From contig OZ287072.1 of assembly GCA_965645245.1 (NCBI GenBank), forward strand, positions 186,001-250,000: a stretch of 64,000 bases of DNA, written 5' to 3'. The notes beneath the pieces are model-generated. The model did no database searches, was not told the origin of the DNA, and saw only the letters and a list, made by a program, of their open reading frames with translations. Below, in pieces: positions 45,300 to 56,700 of the stretch (within the stretch, counting starts at the first letter, position 1; each line of letters begins with the position of its first letter). Origin of the DNA: Massalongia carnosa. Taxonomy: Eukaryota. The position numbers were made by a program, and so were the translations under genes.

Positions 45300-47947
45300 G
45301 AGTACGGATACGTGGACACCCCTTTGGTTACCTGGACACCCCCCAGTGATACACGGACACCCCCTTCCTAGAATAGGTAAGAATCAAGGGTTCAGGCCCC
45401 TCACTTACCCACTTCGGGGTAAGCTCCCGGGCGCATATCGGGGAAATTTTTTCCTTCACCTTTTGAAAGTGGTCGGGAATTTCTGAAACGAAGTCGATTG
45501 GCACTGTCTTTGCAAATCAGACTCTGATTCTAGAAACTAAGCCTCATTTGGTCTAATTAATGATGATAACCTCCTCATCTCCGCTTGCTGTCGCTGTCCC
45601 CCCCCCCCCCTGTCGCCGTCCCCGCCTCCGAGTCATTTGTAGTCAGCTTATCTGCCAATCCCCTTGTTATAACCCCTCCTCTAGCCCTACCTCCCCGTCC
45701 CCGTCCCCGTCCCCATCCCGATCCCCGTCCCCGTCTGCCTCGTCCACGACCAGGTGCCGGGTCCGCTCGATGAACGGCTGATTGATCTGCATCCGGGTCC
45801 ACCCGCTCGAAAAGGGAAGGATCACGATTAGTAGATGCCTCGAATGCTTGCTGTCTTCTATTCAAATTCTCCGCACCTGGAGGTCTGCCCCTTGGTCTAG
45901 CAACTTCGGGTGCCTGAACCCGAAGATAAGGATTATCAATAGCCACACGGGCTGTCCTATCAAACCTCCAATGAGGATGAATATCTTCCAATAGCAACTT
46001 TCCCCCCCCATCCCCATACAATCGTTCCTGAATCTTATGACTGCACGGAAGACCCATGGTTAAACTGAACGTTCCAGTACAGGCCGGAATAGCTGTTGGT
46101 TGACCAACCAAACGTTCGTATTGAGGCATTATCTTTCTCAAAGCATAGGAAGTGACGTATGGACTGATTTCCTGAAAGATAGGTTTGCGAATATCCATAG
46201 GTAGTCGCACCTTCGCTTCATCAAGACGAATCAGATGATTGTGAAGTTCATTGATCAATAGAAGATTGATTCCGTCCACCACCGTCTTAAGATCTCCAGA
46301 TGATGACCCTAGCTGTCGCTTAAGTACTGCATGCCCACCTTCACCTCGAGAGGTAGTGGTGGTTTCGAAATGAGTAATCATACTGGTATAGCACTTGACA
46401 AAACGATGTCGGAAGGGTATGTAGATGTCGTTTAGATATTCCACACATTGATCCTGACCCTGATACTGAATCCTGAATCGCTCCCATGACTCCAAAAACT
46501 CTGGTTCTGACGAGGCATAAACGACCGTTTTCCAGTCAGCGAAGAAGGAGTCCCACGCCTCTTTGGTATCGAAGCTCTTCTTGCAATTGGTCAGGACGTT
46601 ATTATTGATGTGCCATAAGCAAAGCAGATGATTGGTTGCGGGGAAAACATCCTCAATTCCAGCTATCAGACTCTTTTCCATGTCCGTGACTATGACGATC
46701 GGGTTAGGAAGCATCATCCCATCATACATACCTCGCAATTGCTGCAACATCCAGGTATAATCAGACGTGGCTTCCTTGGCCATGAAGCAAAATGCCACAT
46801 AGAAGTTGGTATGTAGGGCGGTTTGACCACTGATGATCAATAAGGGCATCTTATATCTGTTGGTTTTGTAAGTGGCGTCCATCACCAACACCTCGTAATT
46901 CGTCTTCAATAGTCGTTGAGAACAGCCCTTAATAAAGAATAAATGAGTTATTCTATCTAGATCATCCTTTTGCATCTGATACGTCCAATCTCCTTGATCC
47001 AGCTCCCGGATTAATGCCTGAACCGGAGTCAATGGGCCGAGTGTCTCGCGACGAAGCTGTGCTTTGACGTTGTAGATATCCCGAGGTTTGAATAAGGGAT
47101 TGATGATGTAGGGATTTTCTGGATCGTCAAAATTGATTCCCGTCGTCGGATCAGCAACACGAAGACTAGATAAAATCTTGAAAGGGGCTGTTTGCACGAT
47201 CAGAGCTCGGGAAATCTCACTTTTAACCTCTTTCGTCATCGCCAATTTCCTCAACGCTGGATGAGCACCAGCGAGGGTAGAAGCATGATTATGAGTCGAT
47301 TTGACCACCTCCAAAAACCAGATACCACTGTCGTTTTCTCGTGTGGCCACACAAGAGAAAGGGCATTCAATTCGTCGGCTACCCGTATGTCGCCGATCCT
47401 GACCTCTTGGTCCGTCGGTTTTTCTTCCTCGATCACATATCAGCCATGCCTTTCTTGTTACCTTAAGTTTCGACTTCTTGGTTCGACCCAAAACGACTGC
47501 GTATCCTTGACGACCAGCATGCTCATTGACTCGTAGAACCAGGTCTTCCAGACTTTCAAAACTTTGTCCATCCTCGGGGGGTGCAAGTCCGCCAGGGGGT
47601 AGAGGGCCAGGTGGTCGGGGTGGAGTAGCTGGTTCATCTTCGAGGGGTGCAAGTCCGTCAGGAGGTGGGGCAGGAGGTGGGGGGTCAGGAGGTGGTGCAG
47701 ACATGATAAAGTGTCAAAATGTTGGTGATGATGATGTTTACGAAGTGCCAAAATGTTGGTGTTTACGGTTGAAAAAAAATTCCCGAGGTGCACCCTCGGG
47801 AGCTTACCCCGAAGTGGGTAAGTGAGGGGGCTGAACCCTTGATTCTTACCTATTCTAGGAAGGGGGTGTCCGTGTATCACTGGGGGGTGTCCAGGTAACC
47901 TCAGGGGGTGTCCAGGTAGCCAAAGGGGTGTCCACGTATCCGTACTC
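45300..47947 (-). mobile_element. Apparently autonomous Mutator-like (Hop-like) transposon
   Basis: ~150-bp TIRs GAGTACGGATACGTGGACACCCC...; 8-bp TSD TAGATAAG (45292-45299, 47948-47955). Confidence 0.95.
45575..47704 (-). CDS. MULE transposase, 709 aa, uninterrupted
   Basis: FAR1-like C..C..HNH, MDATYKTNRYKMPL, VTDME, CLWH, TTSRGEGGH, SWIM CTG..GLPCSH, RG-rich tail. Confidence 0.95.
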   Translation of the reverse strand: MSAPPPDPPPPAPPPDGLAPLEDEPATPPRPPGPLPPGGLAPPEDGQSFESLEDLVLRVNEHAGRQGYAVVLGRTKKSKLKVTRKAWLICDRGRKTDGPRGQDRRHTGSRRIECPFSCVATRENDSGIWFLEVVKSTHNHASTLAGAHPALRKLAMTKEVKSEISRALIVQTAPFKILSSLRVADPTTGINFDDPENPYIINPLFKPRDIYNVKAQLRRETLGPLTPVQALIRELDQGDWTYQMQKDDLDRITHLFFIKGCSQRLLKTNYEVLVMDATYKTNRYKMPLLIISGQTALHTNFYVAFCFMAKEATSDYTWMLQQLRGMYDGMMLPNPIVIVTDMEKSLIAGIEDVFPATNHLLCLWHINNNVLTNCKKSFDTKEAWDSFFADWKTVVYASSEPEFLESWERFRIQYQGQDQCVEYLNDIYIPFRHRFVKCYTSMITHFETTTTSRGEGGHAVLKRQLGSSSGDLKTVVDGINLLLINELHNHLIRLDEAKVRLPMDIRKPIFQEISPYVTSYALRKIMPQYERLVGQPTAIPACTGTFSLTMGLPCSHKIQERLYGDGGGKLLLEDIHPHWRFDRTARVAIDNPYLRVQAPEVARPRGRPPGAENLNRRQQAFEASTNRDPSLFERVDPDADQSAVHRADPAPGRGRGRRGRGSGWGRGRGRGGRARGGVITRGLADKLTTNDSEAGTATGGGGDSDSKRR

Positions 47948-48174
47948 TAGATAAGACTCGAGACGGACGAGCTTATAATCACGTCAAACTACATATAATA
48001 GAAAATCGGGTTGGAGGGGAGAAAACGGAGTCGATTAATTTTACGCTTCTAGAGTGTCTCATTATCGACAGCTTCGAGAAAATAGACGAATTCAAGATAC
48101 ACGAGACCAAAAAGCTAAAGAAGCTATGCGAAAAGCGGCGGAAAAAGAAAATTGATAACGAGGGAGATAGATAT

Positions 48175-48740
48175 TGAGGCTATTCAAGAGGCTATCTGAA
48201 AGCTATTTGGGAAACTATTTGGGAGACTTTTTGAAAGGCTATTTGAAAAGCAGCGGAGATTATCTGGGAGACTATTTGGGAGGCTAATTGGAAAGTTATT
48301 TGGGAGGCTATTTGGGATATTATTTGATAGCTAAGCAGAATATCTGGAAGGCTATTTGGGAGGCTATTTGGAAGACTATTTGAAAGCGGTGAAGATTATC
48401 TGGGAGGCTATTTGGGAGGCTTTATGCGAGGCTTTATGCAAGGCTATTTGAGATACTATCTGAAAAGCAGCGGAGACTATTTGGGAGGCTATTTGATAGC
48501 TATTTGGGGGAATATTTGGGAGACTATTTGGGAGATATTTGAGAGATACTTGGAAGATAATTGAAAGGCTATTTGGGAGGCTATTTGAAAGGCTTTTTGG
48601 GAGGCTTTTGGGAGGCTTTTGGGAGGCTATCTGGGAGACTATTTGAAAAGCAGCGGAGACTATTTGAAAGGCTATTTAGGGGCTAGATGTGGGGCCTTAT
48701 AAAAATCAGCGGAGGCTATCTGGGAGACTATTTGGAAGAT
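48175..48740 (+). repeat. Degenerate ~12-bp minisatellite (GGAGGCTATTTG)n
   Basis: Dozens of variant units with a recurring AAAGCAGCGGAGA spacer. Confidence 0.9.
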
Positions 48741-48919
48741 GCTTTGACAGATGCTTTGGCGGGTGCCAAGGAGGAGATAGCGTAGGGCCGTTGCGGAGCG
48801 AAGCGAAGCATGTCCGGAGCAGAAATCAGAGATATTTTGAGATTCGCATGAAAAAATAGCAAGCCAAATAGTAAGTAATGAAAAGTAGTAGTAAATTAGA
48901 TTTTTTCATTCGAAACATC

Positions 48920-51900
48920 TGTCAGGATCCTAGCCTGACATAGGGCTGAGATGGAAGGGGGGAGCACGCGAGGCTAGCGCGACGCTCGGTGCAGATATTT
49001 CTAGCGAGTCGCGCACAATGTTTCTTTTCTTCTTTTGTAGATAAATTTAGTTTAATAGCGGTTGATTAGAATCGACGACAGCTTCCTTACACAATTTATC
49101 TACCTATTAGTATTCTTTCTTCCAGAACTTCCAGTAGGGACGAGGTCCCGTTCCAGCAACTTTCTTCCAGATAGGGTGAAAACCCGTTCCAGTAACTTTC
49201 CAGACTGATCGTTTGTGCGAATCCAAACCGATCCAAATTCCAGAACTTCCAGAACTTTTAGAATCAGGGAATCAAGCTTTCCCATCGTCAGAGTCCAGTC
49301 ATGAGCTCAAAAACGCCCATGACGGCGAGAAAGGCCGTAGCCCCTCCCGCAGAGGCCCAGACCGGCCCAGCATTTAACACCCGCGCTCGTTCCGTCTCCC
49401 ATCATTCGTCTCGCTCGGATAGCAGCATGCCGGGAACGTTTGAAGACTCCGAATTACCTCAGAACGAACAGATTAAAGAAACCACGGAGGGGACGTGGGA
49501 AAAAACCCCAAGAGCAGGACGTGAAAAAGAAAAGAAGTTTTTTCAGAAGATCGATGTCTCCGATCATCCATATTACGAGAAGGAAGCCGCGGAACATCCG
49601 TCCCACGTTGCAGCACACAATTTAAAGGAATTGCAGAGCATCTTGCGAGACGAGAAAGAAGGACCCCGATGGTATGACTTCCTCGCGAGAGCGCTCGAAT
49701 ACGACAAGACCCTATTCAACAAATACATCTCCTTGCAGGGCGACCTGGAGAAGCTTGGCGAGGCCAAAAAGATCAACAGACGTTACAAACAAGTACATGA
49801 ACGTCTCATCACGGAAAAAGACGATGCCGAACGAGAGGCCCTTCTCGCGCAAGAAGAACTATCGCATAGAGATATCGAATTAAAGGCAATGACTATAGCA
49901 AAAGAGAGATTACAGAAAGACATAGACTCCCTGGTCCGCCAGTTAGCGGAAACACGGGAAACACCACGTCATCAACGAGAAGATACCGTTACTACCCGAA
50001 GCACCAACACCAACCCCCAGAATTGGCGACCCCGTGGTATAAACCCTAGCAAGCCACTTAAAGGTGAGGATTCGGAGGAGTATAGTCCTTGGGCGTACTC
50101 CGTCCGCAATAAACTGAAGACAGACGCACCCCTCTACGCCGATGAGAACGAAAAGGTCGGTTACGCGCTGTCTCAAATGGAAGCGCGGATCTTCGGGGCT
50201 ATGCACTCTTGGATAGTGGATATGGGAGACTCACTATCGGCCGACGCTTTATTCGAAGAGATAGAGCACTATATGGGCATTCACCTCCAGAGTCGCGACG
50301 CCAAGAAAGAACTCCTCACCATCACCATGAAAGGGGGCGAAAGCGTCAGCGAGTATTATCACCGAATCTTCAAGCTATGGCAGAAAGCCAAAACTCCCGT
50401 TGACGAGCGAATTGAGAAGTTCCTCGTGACGTTAAAGCCTAGCATCTCCAACTCTCTTATGGGTTCAGTCTTTACTGATTTCCGCCCTTTACTTGACGAA
50501 GCACGAAGAATCGAAGACCGCCGCAAAGATATGGCGCACCACTTTCCTCGTCCCGATAAACCAGCCGCAACGAAGAATTCCAGCCAACGAAGCAACTTCT
50601 CCAGCGGACAATCCTCAACCCAGTCCTCCGGCGGAAAGTCCGCCTCATCCTCCATCAATCAAACCAGCTCCAAGAAATCTGATGATCGGCCGAATGCGAA
50701 ACTGATGCCAACGATAGTCAAACCGGCCGGTTGGATAGGCACCTGGTATGATCCAGACCCAAACCCAAAGAAGCTGAAGGACGACGAGCGCGAGTCCCTC
50801 TCCCGTCAACGCCGATGCTGGGCATGCAGGGGATCAGGACATCGAGGAAACGATACCATTTGTCCTCAATACAGGGACAAGAACTTGAGCACCATGAGAA
50901 CAGTAGAAATAGATTCGGGAGCGGAATCTGAGGCGGGAAAAGCCTAGTCCTTGATCGAAATCGCGATCAAGGGCTTACAAACAAGGAGGTTGTTAATGGG
51001 AACGGTGACACTGAAACAAAAATGATTAGGGTCTCTACTTGTGCTGTCCGCGATACTGAAAAGAAAATCGAGGGCAAGCATTTAGTTTTTAAAACTAGCG
51101 TAGCTGGAATTAAAACTCGTTTACTTATCGATAATGGAAGTGAAGCTGAACTCATTGACGAATCCTTTGTGCGTAAACACAAATTGAACACCTTTAAATT
51201 GGATAAGAAGGTGAAACTTTCTTTGGGAAATGGAGAGGTAGTACAGCTCCTCTCGAAGGCCGCCTTGATCGACGTGAAAATCGGAGATCACGAAGAGCAA
51301 GTCTTATGTTATTTGGCAAAACTAGAAGCGTATGCAGTCATTTTAGGGGATGGATGGCTGCAAACCCACAACCCAATGATCAATTGGAAAGAGAGAAGGA
51401 TGAAGTTCAACTCATCAGATTGTCTTGAAAAAGGATGTCTTACACGAGGGATAACTTGCACCGAATTCGCTGTGGGAAGCAAGGTTAAGAATAGGATCGA
51501 GCCTAAGGAAGACATCGAAGTTCTTCCAGTCAACGCAAAACACTTCTTTCGAATGGCCAGAAAGAAGGATCACGACGGCTATCTATGGATTCCTCGAGAA
51601 ACAAAGAAGGCCTTCTGCGCAACTACCACCGGAGCAGTGACATCAGGAGATTACGACAAGTTCATAAAGAAAAACCGGAATACACCCAAAAGGAGTTGTT
51701 GGAGAGAGTCCCAGCAGCTTATCACAGCGTAATAGATGTTTTCATGAAGCACAAGGCGGATGAACTGCCTGAACACCGGAAGGAGGATCATCAGATAAAT
51801 CTCGAAGCGGGAAAAGAAGCTCCGTACGTAAGGAACTATAAACCCATGTCAGAACAAGAATTGGAAGTGGTTAAGAAATACATCGACGAGCATCTGGGAA

Positions 51901-52350
51901 AAGGCTTCATCCGTCCAAGTTCGTCAAGCGCAGCAGCCCCCGTTCTTTTAGTTAGAAAACCAGGGGGTGGTTTAAGATTTTGCGTAGATTATAGAGCCTT
52001 AAACTCCATCACGATCAAGAACAGGTACCCAATACCGTTGATAAATGAAACGTTGGGAAAACTATCACAAGCCAAGAAGTTCACAAAACTGGATGTGATT
52101 ACCGCTTTCAATCGTATGAGAATGAAGGAAGGCCACGAATGGCTAACGGCTTTCAATACCAGATATGGCCAGTTCGAATATCTGGTAATGCCATTCGGTC
52201 TCTGCAACGCTCCGGGAACCTTTCAGAGCTTCATTAACGATACAATCAGAGAATAATTAGACGTCTTCTGCACTGCGTACTTGGACGATGTCCTAATTTA
52301 TAGCGAAAAGGAAGAAGAGCATTCCGAACAAGTGTTAAAAGTTCTAACTC
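48920..52350 (+). mobile_element. 3'-truncated Ty3/Gypsy element (5' LTR ~48920-49091, gag, protease, partial RT)
   Basis: TGTCAGG start; gag 49301-50947; LIDNGS protease; [21 protein letters not shown]; frameshift near 51670 and TAA at 52254. Confidence 0.88.
49301..50947 (+). CDS. gag: Gypsy gag
   Basis: 548-aa ORF; ESVSEYY, CWACRGSGH knuckle, ends GKA at a slippery site. Confidence 0.88.
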   Translation: MSSKTPMTARKAVAPPAEAQTGPAFNTRARSVSHHSSRSDSSMPGTFEDSELPQNEQIKETTEGTWEKTPRAGREKEKKFFQKIDVSDHPYYEKEAAEHPSHVAAHNLKELQSILRDEKEGPRWYDFLARALEYDKTLFNKYISLQGDLEKLGEAKKINRRYKQVHERLITEKDDAEREALLAQEELSHRDIELKAMTIAKERLQKDIDSLVRQLAETRETPRHQREDTVTTRSTNTNPQNWRPRGINPSKPLKGEDSEEYSPWAYSVRNKLKTDAPLYADENEKVGYALSQMEARIFGAMHSWIVDMGDSLSADALFEEIEHYMGIHLQSRDAKKELLTITMKGGESVSEYYHRIFKLWQKAKTPVDERIEKFLVTLKPSISNSLMGSVFTDFRPLLDEARRIEDRRKDMAHHFPRPDKPAATKNSSQRSNFSSGQSSTQSSGGKSASSSINQTSSKKSDDRPNAKLMPTIVKPAGWIGTWYDPDPNPKKLKDDERESLSRQRRCWACRGSGHRGNDTICPQYRDKNLSTMRTVEIDSGAESEAGKA

Positions 52351-53274
52351 GATAGATCACTGATCAATTATGCAACAAAATAGCTGACAAACTTCGAGGC
52401 AAGGCAGGTCGCAAACGACTTCAAAAGCCCACCCAGGAGAGCTGAAACACATCTGGGCCAAAAGCCTACTGATCGACTCAAAAATAGTTCAACCACCAAA
52501 GGCACACCCACCACGGTTCGAAGTCTACCCGGCGTGGCACCGCGAAGCTACCGTTGCGGCAACGGCCCGACACAAGCAGATGCAAACAATCAAAGCACGA
52601 CAAATGAAGGTCTGGAACGACTCGTGGTGCGCATATCAAAATCGGGTCATCGAACCCTCCATAGCACAATCAGTCCCACTGAGCAAAACACGGCTGAAAA
52701 TACACACGCAGCTAAAAAAGGCAGAAAGCGCTCTAACAACTCAAATCCGCACTGGCAAAATCGGGTTAGCTGACTTCCTCTACAAGCGACGGGTGCCCTC
52801 CGTCACCTCACCGGCCTGCTCATGTGGCTGGCACAGACAAACTCCAGAACATGTAATCATGTTCTGCAGACTTATTGACAATAGAGAACAGATGTTTCGC
52901 GCCGCCGGCACGAGCGACTATCAGCAGCTTACCAAATCATCAAAAACTCTGAAGATACTAACTGCTTGGCTAATGAAAACAGGCTTATTGAATCAATTCT
53001 CACTAGCATCAACATTATTGTAAAATCAACAATAGTTGAACCTTTCTTTCTTTCTTCTCTTTTCACAAGGCATTACAGTTCCCACACGTCTTTTGCACTG
53101 CGTCTCCCGCCCGACGTCGACCCGTAGTCATATCGGACGGGTATCAAGGGACATGGTTTTTACACCTGTGAAAGGTTTTCCATGTAACATAACTTAGATA
53201 GCTTTGCCCGCATGGGCCGGCCTACGGCCGGTGTCATATCGGAGTATGAATACATCATCATCATCATCATCATA
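52351..53274 (+). mobile_element. LINE (Tad1-like) 3' fragment
   Basis: QIRTGKIGL..FL...CSCG...QTPEHVIMFC zinc finger (52580-53023), 3' UTR, AATA followed by a (CAT)n tail. Confidence 0.85.
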
Positions 53275-53737
53275 ATCACTAATCAATTTATTGATTACAT
53301 TTCATCTGCTGCTATTTCATAATGACTTTTTTTATAATGACTTTATTTCTACTGTTCTATTACTATTATAGAGTCGTATAATTACAACTGTTCTTACTTC
53401 GTCTTATAGAACTTATTATATAAAGTCAATTCATATACTGATTGAATCATCACAGAAAAAATCGAAATGTTAAGTTTTACTATTAATTCGATTGAGCTTT
53501 TCCTTCGAAATTATATTTGTATTTTCGTTCTCTTTCATAAAAAAGTTTTTCTATTTTGGACGACTCGAGTAAAAATCAGATTGTTATCGGACCCTGCATA
53601 GTTAAGCTTAAATTACAGGACACAGTAACCTTCTTCGTCTTCAAACAAGATTTAGATTTACGTTTTGCGCATGAAGACTACTTCGACAACGGCGAAACGT
53701 TTTTCTTTCAGTCAAAATAGTCAAGTGCTATGAAAGA

Positions 53738-56700
53738 ATGGTAGGATATTAATATTCCAGTACCTCATTAGCGGATACACGTTAAGAAACCTTCTATAGT
53801 ACAATTTAACTCCCGCTACTGGAGACGTTCGTCGAGCAAGTGAACCCTCGACTAACAATGTTTTACAGCCCATCAGGCTAGAACCACTGACTTCTTCGCC
53901 AACTACCTTTGGATCAAGCTCAATCATCGGAATCCCGGAGCGATCACGATCGCGATCCATCGGTCGGTGCAACGATCCTCTTGGTCTAACAGTCGTTCAC
54001 GAGCCAGAGACATCGCCTCCTTTAGACATCATCTTTGTTCATGGCTTGGGTGGTACTAGTCGAGCAACATGGGCAAAAGGACGAGATTTAAACAAATTCT
54101 GGCCGCAAAAATGGCTTCCATTCGAGCCAGGAATTCGAACTGCGAGAATTTTATCCTATGGTTACAACAGCAACTTTGCTGCTACCGGGCCAGCGCCGAT
54201 TACCGGCATCGCAGACTTTGCTAAAGACCTCCTATGTTCAATGAAATTTGCGAAGGATGAGCAATTGGAAGAATTGGAACTTGGCCAGGTGAGCTAGATC
54301 ACTCCTACCTATCAGGAAATAAGAGTTTGATGACTCGCACGTCTAGAGGCCAATTATCTTCATTGTTCATTCCATGGGGGGACTTGTTGTTAAACAGGTC
54401 AGAAATTATCATCTCGTGGTCGAAGTATTCTTCCAAACGTTAATGGTTTTCACTCGTGTAGGCTTATATTCTTGGTCAAAACGACGAAAAGTATTCTAGC
54501 ATTGTCTCATCTATCAGCGCGATATTGTTTCTAGCTACACCACACCGCGGATCAAATCTGGCGGACATGTTGAATCGGATTCTCATGGTCTCTATCTTCA
54601 ATCACAGTCCAGAATTATATATATCAGAGCTTAGAAATGGGTCACAGACGATAGAGGCTCTCAATGACCAATTCCGGCATATTGCTCCAAGAATAGACAT
54701 ACTTTCGTTCTACGAGACATTGCAGACTTCTGTCGGGCCGAGCAAAATTGTGTGTGTTCTCTTACCCGACTTTTTATTGAACGGATTTGTTGATTTACCT
54801 ATTGATGGTGGTGGAGAAAGCTTCAGCCACTCTTGGCTATCCAGACGAGATTACGAGATCCTTAAATGCTGATCACCATACTGTATGCAAGTTCGACAGC
54901 ATTCAAGATTCGAATTATATCAGCGTTAGGAACGCGCTAAAAACTTTGGTCACTACCATTCGCTTAACAGGTACGTGGGTTGATGCACAGATTCTAGCTT
55001 AGTCAAAGAAAAGTACAAGTGATCACTTCGACATTCACTCATGCCTTTATTGTCATGGAATAGGCTAATTCATATCTCATCTACTCCACGCTGACTTGAA
55101 CCAGGACAACATATACCTGGAGGGCAAGGAAAACCCCAGCTCGATCAATTAGGGACACTACTTGCCGTCTCTGAAACCCATCAAGATGATCTTGAGTTTT
55201 TCCGCAAACGATGGACTCCAGGAACCTGCAAATGGATTCTTTTAAATCCGTCCTTTAATAAGTGGGTGGACGAAAGCAAGGAGGCCCTAAAAATGCTCTG
55301 GTTACACGCTTTGCCAGCTAGCGGGAAATCGATTCTATCTTCCTTTATTATTAACCACCTTCTTGAGGAGTCGTTTTGCGTTTATTACTTCTTCAGATTT
55401 GGTGATCAATCAAAACGTTCGCTAAGTACCTGCTTGAGGACTATTGCCTTTCAAATTGCAGAGCAGCTCCCTCAATTTCGTCGTGCATTGTTAGATATAC
55501 GGGTTTCAGCCAAGACGCTAGAAAAAACAGATGCGAAGACGATTTGGGAGAAGGTTTTTATTGGTATCCTCTTTAAGTTGAGACTTACGATGCTTATGTA
55601 TTGGGTTATTGATGCACTGGATGAATCAGATCACCCACAGCTCTTGGTTGAATTGATGCAAAGTATACCTAATTCTTCGGCGCCGATAAAGGTACTACTT
55701 GTCAGCCGGCAGACTCCTGAGCTGATCTCAACTTTCGATCGCTTGTCAGTAGTCGTGCCGGTTGGGTATTTGCCACTAGCGGATACCAAAAACGACATTC
55801 GAATCTTTGTGGAGAAGGAGATACAATACATGCACGCTCCTTCAGATTTCAAATCGCAAATTGTTGAGAGGTTGGTTGCTGGTGCTGTTGGAAATTTTTT
55901 ATGGGCTAGTCTCGCGCTGGTAGATGTCATGAAGTGCCATACACAAGAGGACCTTGACAAAACACTAGAGGGTATTCCGAGTGGTATGGAGCAGCTATAT
56001 CAACGGATGGAGCGCAAAATTATTGAGAATACAAGGCCACAAGATCAGAAATTGGGACAGCTGATTCTGACATGGGCAGCATGTTCACGCCGACCACTAG
56101 TCCTGAAAGAGCTTGCACAAGCTCTGCAACCAGAATTCTCAGTGATGCTAGATCTGACCTTCACTATCAGTCGCGTTTGTGGTCAATTTGTTGTTGTCGA
56201 CTCTACTGATCAGTTAGTCATGGTACATCAGACAGCGAGGGACCACATCATCGCGACAGTTTCGGCCCTGGCAGTCAACGTCACAGAAGGCCATGAGAAG
56301 CTCTTTACGAAATGCTTGTCAGTTTTAGAAGAAAATAATCAACGTCGGGATTCGGACCGCCGACAATGTAACCAAGAATTCGTCCGCTACGCAATGACAT
56401 CATGGGCGTATCATTTGAATATGATCTCTCCAGAGTCTGATACGCCGCTGTTACTATTGTCAAAATTCCTAAAAGGAAACTCGGTTTTAGCTTGGATCGC
56501 ATCACTGGCGCACCAAAATCAGCTGAAGGTGCTAGCTTATTCCTCCAAAAGTATGAATTTATACGTGCGTCGAAAATGGGGTCGCTATGCAGCAATAAAT
56601 CCGCTACTTCACCGAGTTCAGGAGCTTGATCTACTTGAGTTGTGGGCAACTGACTTCCTCAAACTCCTTGGAAAATTTGGACGAAATTTAACGGCATGCC

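Larger units (their letters stand above)
44772..48919 (+). mobile_element. Second, non-coding Helitron-related segment (shares the 5' end with 34322)
   Basis: 44772-44939 closely matches 34322-34470 (TCTATATAGTACTGAAAGAG...); contains a MULE and a minisatellite; right boundary uncertain. Confidence 0.55.
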
